Assembly (NCBI GenBank): GCA_973895155.1
Contig: OZ316892.1
Location: 8,549,480-8,613,479, forward strand
Length of the DNA stretch: 64,000 nucleotides
From: Marsupella aquatica
Taxonomy: Eukaryota; Plantae; Marchantiophyta
Reading direction: 5' to 3'
Numbering within the stretch: the first letter of the stretch is position 1; each line of letters starts with the position of its first letter. Of this stretch, positions 28,701 through 41,271 are shown one piece after another. The position numbers and the translations under genes were made by a program. The notes under the pieces were generated by a model that worked only from the letters and a program-made list of their open reading frames with translations, had not been told where the DNA came from and made no database searches.

Positions 28701-31700
28701 TGATAACATGAACCCCTGTGTGGGGCCGGCACTCAGCAGGGAACGCCCATACCAACGGCACATCCGACGGCATAACCGGCGTCAACAACCTTAACTAACA
28801 GACCTTCAGGTAAAGCAGAGTTTAGCCTCTTTACCAGCCTCTCATGAATGTCACTGTTCTCATCGTGACCGTCAAATAAAACAATGGACGTGATAGATTA
28901 TTCTATCTGTTGTTCCCAAGTTTCTGAAAACAACATCATAGACTTATCAGTGTTCATGCGCCTGAATTTGAAATTTGAATTACAGCCGAACGAATACCGG
29001 TAATGAGATTATTTCCGTGCTACTCCGCAGATATCGGTGTTGAACGTGCTCAGGATTGCTGCTAAAAAGCAGTTAATATGTAAATACAGGAGTCTCCGTT
29101 TCTGTCTTTCTGAGGCGTCCCTCCAGCTGGCTGTGTGAGGATCGGGGGGTCCGGTGGAACCGTGGAAGCTTGAAGACCCACGCATGGCATGGCGTATGCA
29201 TGCATGCACTGCTCATGAGGTACCCGGCTCTTGGGGTGCCTGCATTATTATCGTGATGATGGCCCACATTGGTACTGTATATAGTATCTAAGCGAGAGGC
29301 TCCCATCCTGCTAACATGCACGAGTTTTTCTTTTCCTTTTGTTCATTTGCTTTGTCCTTTAGGCTGGGCCTGAAAAGCATGCATGAGGATGGCCTTTCGA
29401 GGAGTGGGGGCCCTTATGAATTATTTTCACCACAGCAAACTAGAGGGCCCCTTCTTGCTCTAGAACATAGACTCGGAATCAAATATCTTTTGAAACTCAA
29501 TTTGATAAATATAAATCCCTTGAATGAAGGTGCAAAAGTTTGAAAATGTTTGGACCACCTCTAGCTCTGGAGGCAGTCTTAAATTTTATACAAATAAGCA
29601 CCAGTTGGTATCAAGGAAAGACACCAATGGGCCCCAAGTTCTTGTAAATCCGAGTGCAGCCCGGTACACTCATATGGGGTCCGAATTTAATCCTAGAGTG
29701 AAAAAAATAGATGCCATACCTGAATGGGCCCCAATTCTTGTCAAGCGACCTGTAGCTCTTTCCATTGATTAAACTGTCCACATTTGATCTAAGCCAATAT
29801 AAGTAAAGGTAAACTCCTAAAGTCTGGTAAAGTCACCCAAAGTTTCCTTTTTCTTTTTTGGTTCTTCTTGTCCTTTAGGAGCTGGGCTGGGGGTCTGGAA
29901 AACATGCGTGCGTTTATTGAGTTCCATAGCAAAACGTAGCATAGCATAGCGTCATTTTCATTGCTGGGTCCAGCGGACCGGCGGAGTATGACCGTCGGTA
30001 CGGGGCGGCGGGAACGTCTTTCCTTGTCCTACGGTACAAAGAGAAAAGGAGCCCAGTGGAAAAGATACCTACGGAAGTGCAACGAAAAAGCTGCCATTTC
30101 CTACAGCGGAAGAGTTGATCCACTACTGCAGTACATCACAAAGTGCTACTATGGTACCTATGGTTGAGAGTGAGTTCTGCGCCACTAGTGTACTTTCGTT
30201 TCTTGCATGGTTCCATTTTCCTGTTTGTGTGGACCTCAGAAGGGCATTTTGGTCTCGTTTATCTTTCTCTCTTCATGTCTTTTGGAACTATGCTGTAAAG
30301 CATGGCCAAATTATTGGTCCACTTTCCTGCATGGCATTACTTGGTTGTTTGTTTGCTTTTTGTTTGGTGGGTACCACTCAACCCCTCATGAACAAGCCAC
30401 GCATGCATGGATTAATGTGTTCTACTCGGGAGCTTCAGGCCTCCCAGAGTCCCAGTCCACCTCTTCAGGACCCTTTGATGCAATTTACTCCAGTCCGAAG
30501 TTTTACCGTGCTTTCCAGGTTTTAGTTCTTTTGCTTTAGTTGGAGGCCCTCAGGCTCTTTAGGACAATCTTGCATGTGGACGGTCCTGAAAAACTTAGAT
30601 AACTTGCAGAGTGAAACTTCCTCTCCTGAGACAGTCCTCACAACAGTAATCAAGGACTTTGAAGGGCAAAATCAGGAAACTTACCGGCCCTTCCCCATCC
30701 CAACCTCTCATGTTTGAATCCAACAGAATCCACTTTTCACTGGAAGAGTTCAGCTAAATCGTCCTGCACAATCAAGCAACAGGATACGACAGAGAGACTA
30801 TGTGACTGCTCCAACAGATTACATGTCTTTGTGCTAGTAGATTATGTGGAGATTTTCTGAGGACCTCGCACATGTTTTTCCTTGGTTTTCATCTTGGTTT
30901 TGTGTCTCCGAGGGGATCTAGTCTCCCAATTAAGGGCTTTTTGTTCATTGGCAGTAGGAGATGTATAATGCATGATTTAAACGTCAGCCTTTGGCTGGGT
31001 TGCTTCCACATTGCCATTCTCACTATGCTAGGCTCGACTTCCACAGTGCAAAGGGATATTCTGCTATTTGGCAGTTGACGCTTGGATAGGTCACACCATG
31101 CAACTCGAATAACCCAAAAACTTCCCAGACCGAAAGTGTGATGATTTTACAAAGAACAGACATTGTGACAGTGATCCACATCCAGGTTATGGGTGGTCTA
31201 TCTGAGTTATGGTTTGTCTGAGCTAATATTTCCATATATTTGAAAATAAATTATTAATCTCTTCAATTTTATGGGAAACACAAATATTGGTATCCTCTAT
31301 TGTGCATGGCTACGTGGATAGTATTGGTTCTTTCTTTATTGTTTGGTAGGCACCCACTCACACCATAATAAACCAACCACTTTAGCTAGCAATTGGCAAG
31401 GGACTTCCACAATTCCATGATACGCAGTACTAATGACACCGTGACGTACACCTATTTCAAACATTAGGAATCTTGACTTGCATGAGATCCCAACTTGGGG
31501 TTTTCCCATTTGTCTCCCACTTTATTGGATCTTTTGCCTTTATTGGATCCTCTATTCTAGCATGGCCCTTTTGTTCTTTGGCAGTTTGATCTGACACTTA
31601 AATATTTATGAGCCAATACCCGTGCACGAGAAGGGCTCTCTGTCCTAAGATTCCCATGCTAGTCTTATTCGTCACAAGTGAATATCTCAAACATTTGATG

Positions 31701-33644
31701 CAAGAAAAATTACTCCTTATATATACTTCATACCAGGGAGTAGGTCATGAATGGTAGCCTCAACAGCTAATTATAGGGTAGATTTAAGAGAATGTTGCAT
31801 ATCTTTAATGTTTGGTGGGCACCCACCAACACCATAGTGAACCAACCACCACAACACGGTTAAAACTTCGCAGTTAGCTGGGGCATTTCCACTTTTGCAG
31901 GATACCATGCCAAAGGAGATTGTGGTGTGTCGTTATTTGAGAAGTCTTGCTAATTTTTTTGAAGGGAATTAAAAGCCCGATTATTTTCGAATTATAAATC
32001 TTTCAGTAAGCCATTATATGATAATTGGAAAAATGGTTTTTTTTTTTGCATGTAAGCAGGGACAGAACCCATAATGCATAGAGAAGGGTATGAAGTCCTC
32101 TACTTATGAATCTGTGGCCCTTCACACATACGTTACATGGTGTTTTATTTATTTATTTTTCCTCCAAATATTTTGGTAGAATTTATAAATAAATTACTCT
32201 CCAGAAGCCCCACGGATGAGGGGAAACATAAGCATACCCACACTACATAAACGTGCACAAAACCCCGACCAAGAGGCCGTAAGGAAATTCTTTTATGACT
32301 CTGTTGTACGATGGCCTTCCTGCTGTACACTCAATATATTGATAGACCTAGATTGAGAAATATATGAAATCACACAAAAAGGGAAGCCTCAGTTACAATG
32401 TTTGAACCCAATAGTTATCAAACTCAAGGCAGCTACGACACACCCATGCCTCTCTGGGAGTGTTGTTATTTCTATGTATTTGACTACTCTGTTTGGACGT
32501 GTAATATATTGGGATGTCTTCGAACCTCTGGTTGAATGGTCAAACGAAAATAACTAGTGTATCATAACGCAGTAAAAGTCAAATGAATGCATGTCCAATA
32601 CATATATATTTCCAAAATCAACCGTTATATATTGTTCAGTGTTTCAGACTGCAGATGAAAATCCCACGTGCCCAAAGTTATCTGTAGTGTGGTGTCGTTG
32701 GCATGCTGCTCAACACCGCCTTAAGTACATATTGTGAATCGCTCGAATGCACGTGGATTTACTCCTTCAATTTGTATTCCAATGATACAATTTGAAAGAA
32801 GTAGGAGAGTCCCTCAAGACTACACTAGCCATTGTTGGAGTTCCTAATCGTCTAGAAAGACTTTGATCAGTCTCGTTTACTCTACAGTGTTATTTTGTTG
32901 TTCGGTAGAGGTGTAAGGGAGAGTGTACGCCGTGCTTTGATTGTGGGCAGACGTGTAATTGTGTAAGGAATAATGTAAGGAGCAGTTGACTTTGTACCAT
33001 AGCAGAACTTAATGATTGTCAAACAAATTTTACCATAATTGGGTCAGACTCACCCAACTGAAAGGGTTGAGTCATGCCACCAACCAGGGTGGCACCCTAC
33101 CCACCAGCTCGTTTTGATCCGCTAAGTTTTGCTAAAATCTGACCAGGCTTTGGCCTTAGTGACCCATATAAAGTTTATTCTTCAAAACCATTCCCTGCAG
33201 TCCCACTTCATTGTGTGCCTTGCCATCATTCAGCCACATGACCACTCGTCCAACTTGCTTGAATCCGTCTTAACTAACTAAATCTTCTTACATGATGTCT
33301 TCTCGTTCACATCCAGTTCTCATTTGCACCCTTATTTACAGAAACTCTTTCTAGTCAGAAACAGACCCTGGGTGGAGAGAGATTGTCACCCCTCTCCAAG
33401 GGATGGTTTGATGAGATTGTCAACCCTCCTTAGGGAAGCCATGGGAGGCGCATGGTTTACAAGCAATGAGCAACCTTAAGTGAAGCAATGGTAACGTTCA
33501 CCCCAGTGAGTAATATGGGTGGCCCAGGTGATCTGGTTCCTTTCGTCTGTTTTAGGGTCTTTTATATTGCGATGAAGAATCCATTTAGAGTAACATAAAT
33601 TTGGGCTCTGTTTTTGACGTTATCATTACAGCCAATTTATCTTC

Positions 33645-34200
33645 TTTTTTTTAATAATACTTTACCTACAGAGCGGGAGCAACTCCAGTACACCAACAAA
33701 TGGCAAGCCCCCAACCACGTAACACGCCCGCATCAACCACAACAAGACACATCCTGAGAGCCCCATTTCTGGAGAAACAGAACGGCACACCAAAACAAAA
33801 TCACCAAACTCCAACACCCACTGACCCACTTTGGCACCTACGATCTGCTCTACCGTGGGCATTTCGTCCGCCATCATACGTATCCAACAACCAATGACTG
33901 ACATGGAGTACGATACCATCTGGACCGCAAGATACAGGTACACGACTGCGGCTCCCATCAGAGACCGTATCGTTACCACTCACGGCCACAACGTCCCCCG
34001 GAGCCCTGGCCCCTGTCCTCCGAGACTCCGACTCTCGGAGCGACCTTCAGAGGCTAAATAACGGAGTGAGCCCCAAACGAAAGAAAAGGAAATGAAACGC
34101 TCAAAAGAAAGGAATGATTCGCAGCACCCGTGCACTGGCAGGATCTTCAGCTGCTGGACCTGTCCTGTCCAGGAGTAATAGGTACAGCCCGGCGTTTATT
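33645..34200 (-). mobile_element. Possible retroposon (LINE/SINE-like) 3' fragment
   Basis: Abrupt GC-richer block whose minus strand ends in GT-rich sequence followed by an A-tract at ~33645-33652; no RT motif or TSD found. Confidence 0.25.
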
Positions 34201-35869
34201 CCAATAATGAATTTTGGAGGTAGCCTCCATGACGACTGCCAGTAAGTTTACGCAGGGAGGACTGTTGACTGAAGCGAACCATCTCCCATGGAGGACTGGC
34301 ACAACTCTTCGGTCAGTTATAGTGGAGAGTTGCTCCCAGATTTAAGTTCAATTTTGGCTATTCTTTTCATTTTATTAAAGTCAAAAACTTAAACCAGGAT
34401 GGACCACCATGCTGGACACAGTGCTCCCATGGACGCTCCCATGGACCACAATTTGATGGTCCATGAGATTTTGGGGCCCATAACTTGATGACTATGAGTA
34501 CTAATATATATATATTTTAATTTTTCACCTGCAAGGCAACTGGAGATAGAGGAGACATAAGCGAATACAAACCCAAATTCATATTGACATAGTGAGAATT
34601 AATCCAATGGAATTTACCCTTCTACAACCTGTGATGAAAAACTCAAACCAACATGGCTAACAATTTACCTTCACTTTGATGGAGTGTAGCTTACTTACTC
34701 CTCTAGCATATCTCTAAAAGTATAAAGAAAATTGAGTTCATGTATATCAATAGATTAGAATTAAAACCCAAATTTTGTGAAATATGGTCCATTGGGTTTC
34801 AAAGACCAACCTTGAGCTCGGTCTGGTGGCTTTATTAGGTTTAATGTTTTTGCCCCGGCTGCTTGTGGCTGCGCTCCCTTGCCTTGTTCGTGTTTCTCGC
34901 TCTGCGTGGGTGATTTTTCCCCCCTGGCTTGCTGTAAAGACTTTATTTAAAAGAAAAAAAACAAACCTTGGGGTCCATGGGGGATTCAAATTCAATTAAA
35001 GTATCCAGCAAATATTTAGAGGTAACGATAAAGAAAACGCTGGTACAGTCCCTTTCCCTTGTTTGGCAGCGGGTACAGCTGCTCAGTGCACCCATCCAGA
35101 ACGGAAGAGATCTAGTGTCGTTTAGCCGTGGTGACCATGCAGCGACCGTGGTACCGGTCCTCACGTTAGCTCGAATGGCAACTTACTGTACAGTACGTTC
35201 GTGATCCATTCGCTGACCACACTAGGAACTGCAAAGGACAGCGGTACTGCAGTGGGTCGTTATGGTACTAGCAGGATAGTTCGTTACCATTTTCATCTAC
35301 GGCTGAATTGGCACACAAAGGTCACCCACTGGATTTGGGGATTATCCCCTCTGAAAAGGCAATTTTAATGAAAGAAAGTGATCACATCTTTTCAAAATGT
35401 GGGTTGTCTTCCGAAGCAAAAAGCATCTGAGCAGATTTTTCAAAAGGTTTCGTTTGCAGTACATGTGGGTCGTGCTGTCTTACCTGGACATTTGGTCAAT
35501 ATGGAAGTTTAAATCATCCAGCCCGTCGACTATATATTTTTGGTAGGAAAATAAATTAAATGAAGAAATGGGAAGGGTTTTAGTTTACCGGTCAATGTGG
35601 CTTTAGTTCCTTTGCATTAGTGGGGGACTCTCATACTTTTGGGGGCTTTGGTTTTTCTTGGAATTGTTTTCTTGTTTACTCCCCTTCATTGAGTCTCCTG
35701 CCTTTGGCATCCCGTCTCTGGGTTTGATGAAAAATAGGGGAGGGAGGGGGCGGCAGACTTGTCCATGGTGAGCAAGTGCTGACCCTGATTTGTCTCAACT
35801 ATAAGAGCCATTGATAAAATCTTGCCTCAAATTCAAGCATTTGTCCCTATTTGTTCTGGAGTTTCTTCA

Positions 35870-36770
35870 AAATTGGAACTTCTTGACCGTCCTACAATCC
35901 CGGCATCCACTTCTTCATACTTAGGTTTGGCTCGATTTGTTCGTTTTATGTCTTTAAGAACTCAGGAATACAAAAAAGCTGGGATTTGTTACGAGCAGAA
36001 GAGAATCCAACTCGGAAAAGACTGAAGCCCAAGCATGAGTGTTTCCATTCCTCAAAATAGAATCAACGCTCTTCTACTGCCGCCAGGTGGCTTATATATG
36101 GAGGACACTGGATAAGTGGTGAGAGCATATGTCACTGTGTAGGTCCTTATTCGTTCTGAATTTCCGTCTAACTTGGAAAAGCTTGATCATTCTACAATCA
36201 ATCGCCGCATCACTTCTACATAGTTAGAAATTTGAGATTTTTCAGTCATTTTGTTCTTTTTCTTTCTTTAACTCAGAAATACAGAAAAAAAATAGTGGGA
36301 TTTGTTACGAGTAGAGGAGAATCCAACTCGGAAGGCTAAGGCCCAAGCATGAGAGTTTCCATACCCCAAAATAGAATCAAAGCTCTTCTACTTCCGCCAG
36401 GTGCCTTAATCTGGAGGCCACTAGATAAATAGTGAGAAAGTGAGTCCTTGTGTAGGGCCATATTTATCCTGGATTTTTTTGCTAAATTGGAAAAGCTTGA
36501 CCAACCTACAATCAATCGCTGCATTACTTCTACACCATACATAGAAATCTGACATTTTTTAGTCAATTTGTTCTTTTTATTTCTTTAACTCAGACATACA
36601 AAAACAATAGTGGGATTTGTTACGAGTAGAGGAGAATCGAAAACGGCTGAACCCCAAGCAGGAGTGTCACCTTTCAACAAAAATAGAATAAAAGCTCGTC
36701 TACTTCCGCGAGGTGCATTATATGTGGAGGACACTGGATAAGTAGTGAGAAAGTAAGTCCTTGTAGAGGT
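35870..36770. repeat. Tandem repeat, about 318-bp unit, about 2.8 copies
   Basis: GGGATTTGTTACGAG at ~35981, ~36297, ~36611, each followed by CCCAAGCA..AAAATAGAAT..CTACT.CCGC.AGGTG. Confidence 0.9.
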
Positions 36771-38199
36771 CAGCCCAATGGCAAATCGAATATCGCGAAT
36801 CGAGTTGGTGGAATCTTAGGGGGAAATGCACGTTGGGCCAATCCATGTGGAAATGTACATTCGGTGCAGCATCCCAGAAGTGAATCTTTGAATAGAGCAT
36901 TTTGCAATTTTAACAAGGATAAGGAATCACTGAGAAGCCTGGTGTCAAATCTCACTTGTATTAAAGAGATTCTCAGTTTTTCAGTGTAAGTTTATTTCAA
37001 AAGACAAAAGATATCCCCGGTCTGTTTCCTCCGTCAAAATAAGAAACAGACATTCTCAGTTGTTTGGGACCTTATGATCACTTAATACACTATCTTGGAC
37101 GGGAAGATCACACTCAATCTAATTGACTTCTGGTACCTTTCGCAGTTTTGTAATAGATCGTCCAAGCTCTCACATGCCCAAAGGTCAAGATGGCCCTTGA
37201 GGAAATTGGGTGATATTGACCTACTGACTCATAAAAAAAATCAGATTGGTTGGGTTTGGCCGCTCCATGGTGCCACTGAAAGTCGTTCTCTAACAAGCGT
37301 CCCTTGCTGGCGGCACTCTAGGGGCAGGGTGGGGGCATGTTACAACCACAGCTACACCAGATCACGGGCTATCGGGCAGGGCAAGTTACTGCTGTTTAGA
37401 GGGTTGGTTGGTTTGGTTGGTAGTTGCAGTTCTAGGCTCGATGGCTTGGCTGCTTTTGGAGCTCAGCCAACTTGGCGGAGATTTGGCAGAGAGGAGTGGT
37501 TACAGCCTGGTTACAGCCAACTTGGCATGTCTGTTCCTGCTTTTCATCAAGTTGGGTTACTTGACGAAGTAATAATAAGCCAGCTTTTAGAAAACTGCTC
37601 TGGAGGCGCAGCCAATGCGCTATTGTATGGGAGGTCGCTCAACTTGGGGGGATGGGGAGGGGGGGGGAAGCTCGGTAGCGGGTGGGCGACCACAGCCCAG
37701 TTCGTGGTGAAACGTTGGTGGGGCAGTCAAATGCGGTACAAGTAGACTATTCCTACTAGAGGGTGAGGTTGCTCAACCTGTTGGTTGGTTTCGTTTCATT
37801 TGAAACCATATCCAGATGTGAAGGTTTATTTTATTGTATTTTTTTTGTATTTTACGTGACAGGGGTAATGTGCAACATGAATGCGAAGGCACCTGCAGTG
37901 ACAAAGAGTTCAGCCAATCATTATTTTGACTTGGTTTAGCTTTACTTACCAGGCAATTTTAAGAAATGGATTTTATTTTAGTTTCAAATGCACCCTATTA
38001 TAATAATTAAACCCTACTAACAGAAGCGAGCCTGCCCCAAAAAGAACAATGGCTAAAGGAGCCCTTAATTACCCAGTAGGCAAGTATCTACAATACAGGG
38101 AGTAAAATTTGGAGCTATCTTTGAGATTATGGCTCTCCCGTATTAGAGGCAACTGAAACCTGCTGGTTATGGTGCCAAGCAGTAGCACCTCAACTTGGC

Positions 38200-38600
38200 A
38201 TTTATTTGGGAATTGAAACAGCCACGCAACTGGCAGAAGCTTCGCTTGATGGCTAACCCACAGCCATGAACACAGGAGACAAAGTAGCTCTAGATGGCAT
38301 ACCTATTTTGGCTGTGGCCACTCTGGGGTGCTTTAAAGGTGTCTATACATTATTGTATTAGAGAGCCTCAATTTTGATTTCCCCCTTATTTTTTTCAACT
38401 CCCTTATTGGAGGGCTATCTCTCCATTTCGACTCCCTTCAATGGACAGTATTCAACTTGGCTTGATGGGTATTGTCTTGGTGTTTGCGCACAGCCATGAC
38501 CACAGGTGCCAAAGTAGGTTACATGCCCATGCATATTGGGTGCTTTAGAGGAGTCTCAATCCATTAGTCTTAGAGAGCCTCATAGAGTCCCCCTATTCTA
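38200..38600. repeat. Diverged tandem duplication, about 230-bp period
   Basis: CACAGCCATGA.CACAGG..CAAAGTAG at ~38258 and ~38489; GGGTGCTTTA.AGG..TTAGAGAGCCTCA twice. Confidence 0.7.
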
Positions 38601-41271
38601 TATGGATGTCATAGACCCATTATTGTTGTCTTTTGAGTGCAGTTCAAATCTATGCCAGCCTATCCCATGGGTGATGATACATTGCCACATTGGTGAAACT
38701 TTTCCAATGAAATAGGACAAAAGTACACTAGGGGTTGCAAAACCAGTGCTGATGCTCTTACTGCCAGTAACCCCTCCAGAATCACGTGTACATATTCTCC
38801 AAACAACTTTTTAAGTACTTTGCTACTAAAGTTATTCTGATTGATAATATCATCACAATTGTTGTGTATTTACAAATATGTCATGGTTTTGAATATGGAT
38901 AACAAGTTCACCAAGAGGAACAATATAGAAAAACCGTGTATTATTTGTAACAATAAAAAACCAAGGGGAACCACATAGAAAAACCATGGCTTATTTGTAA
39001 CAATAAAAATAATGGAGGTATTGTAAAATAGGAACATCCTTAGCGGCAATGTAGGCAATGTAGTTGAAAGCTGCTTCTTCCAAATTTGTTCGCAGCCTGC
39101 TCACTTTGGCATCAGTGAAAAAACCGCTCAGCCGTTTACCGCATAGAAACCCAAAAACCCAAACTGCCGTGGGAAACGGCTGAACGTCGGTCCGTTTGAG
39201 GACGAGGGAGGGGGGGGGCACTAAATGTTTGTTTGGCTTTGCCTTGACAAATTGGACCGCTCGTCCATTTCGTTCGCTTCTTTCTTGCAACGACTTCGAT
39301 ATGCGTTTTGCCGTCCAACAGGATTACGTTGTGCGTTTCAGTAGTAAAAAACATTTTCGTTTCTGACTGATAAATGCGCTTGGACGGAGGTGATGCTGGA
39401 GCCCACCTCAGGATTCGTGCTCCTACAATTTCGGTCGTTGGGAATTGTAGGCTCCGGAGTTGTGAGGCCATGGAGATCGAGATCGAGGGGTTCCGCTCTA
39501 CGCGGGGTGGGTGCTGAACTGGACTGCGGGCATAATCAAGACGTTTGGAGAGTCAACACGGATGAAGGTTTTGACCCGACCAACGGACCAAGGCAGGCTT
39601 GGTCTGGGATGCAGAGAAGAATGATCGGAGACTGATGAGAGAGTTGAATCACCGAATTCCAATGACTGATTGAGAGTGATTGCCGGTTTGATTGATGGGA
39701 ATTAACTACTAGAGTAGACCGGAGGACGAGAGTGGACTGGGGCCAGAGAATTGGATAGTCGATTGATTTGATTATGATTGTTCATTTACCGGTACACTGT
39801 GAAACGGTAAGTGAGAGGGATCAATCCGATTTTGATTGCGGTGGGGAGCGGAGGAGAAGGTGGGGCTTTTGGATTCTGGATGGAGAGTGCGGGAATTGAG
39901 AAGAGGAGCGGAATGACCTTTCTGGACTGACACCTGTCGAGAATCGTTTTTGCATACGCATGCCTGCTGTTGATGCTTCATTTTTCTTGCTGAAGCAGCA
40001 CAATTTTGGGGGTTTGCTTTTTAGCAAAATTACTGCTGGCTGCCTAGCGTTTGGTGTGCCGGGATCGAGGGGAAAGGGAGAGGACGGGAGTGAAAAAGTT
40101 GGCCTGCCTCGTTGTCTTAACGCTCTCGGATGAGCTGTACCAGTACCAGAATCTACCCTTCTTTTTCGCCATCTATTTCTCTCTCGCCTTGATGCCCACC
40201 TGGTGACCTGGGTGGGTAGTGGGAACTCTAGCCCTCCACCTTGCCTGCCTGCTTGCATAATACTGTAGGAGGAGGACAGGCGGGGGAGAGGTGCAAGCAG
40301 TAAAACAGGAGATGAGTAGGAGTACTCGACAAACGTACTGTAGGTTGTGAGAAGTTCAAGTGTTGGGTGCTGCAACAGCACCACTGAAGAAGTGGAAGCC
40401 AGAACGCGAGCTTGAGGCTGAGAGGTCTCCTTCCTTCCCCCCTTCTTCCCCTCTTTTGCCGCTCCCTCCTCCTCTCTCTCTCTCCCTCTACTCTCACTCC
40501 CCTTGTGCGTCCGACTCTGGCACCATTTCTCGCCTTTGTCTCCCCCTCCCTCCCTCCCTCCCTCCCTCCCCAAACAAATTTCTGAATCTCTCGGGATTCA
40601 AATCACCTGCTCCTGGTCCTGCTGGCTTTCCTGGTTTCTCCTTCGAGTTTCCCGTTTTCTCTCGTTTCTTATTCTGCACTATTGAGGACACACGGTCCTC
40701 ATCTCATTGTAATTATCCCCATTACTCCTTCCTCTCATTTTACTTGTGCGCGGTATGCTCCAACGACGAGTGTGCGGTGTACGTGCAGGCTGAAACTCAG
40801 ATTGCAATTTCTTGAATCCCGTTTGTAGATTGGCGTTGAGCACTGCTGTGGTTCGTTTTCCCATTCGGCTCGATTGGGTGTGTGGAACAATCATCGCAAT
40901 CCAATTTCTTAAGAAAATGGCGCTGGGAGAGAGCGCCCCGGCGGAGTAGGTGTCCGGGAGCATTACAGATTTCTTCTCAATTGAAACATTTCGGATATAA
41001 GTTCGGATTGCGCTGGATTTCTCTCAGGATTGGAAGTGGGCAATTGGTACTGTTGGCCAGGTGGTGAAGAAGAGTAACGAACACACGTTGCCGAATTCGG
41101 TTCACTAGTGAGACCTACAGATGGAACGCCAAGGGGTCCCTTGAACTGAGGTTTTTCGAAGGAGGAGCCTAGCCAGGGAATGATCACAGAGATAGACAGA
41201 CTCGGTACCGGTGGTACTCCTGATTCATCCTTTCGGCCAACTTTACTGGTGCGATTCGCTGCGTTAAGAAA

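Noticed and set aside
37095-37745. 216-aa ORF
   Set aside because: Non-ATG start, G-rich repetitive sequence, no recognisable domain.
39136-39471. Transit-peptide-like 111-aa ORF ending at a possible donor site
   Set aside because: No downstream exon or domain could be linked; unsupported.
39821-40815. 250-aa and 151-aa ORFs
   Set aside because: Derived from the CT/GA-rich leader and promoter region of NDL; low complexity.
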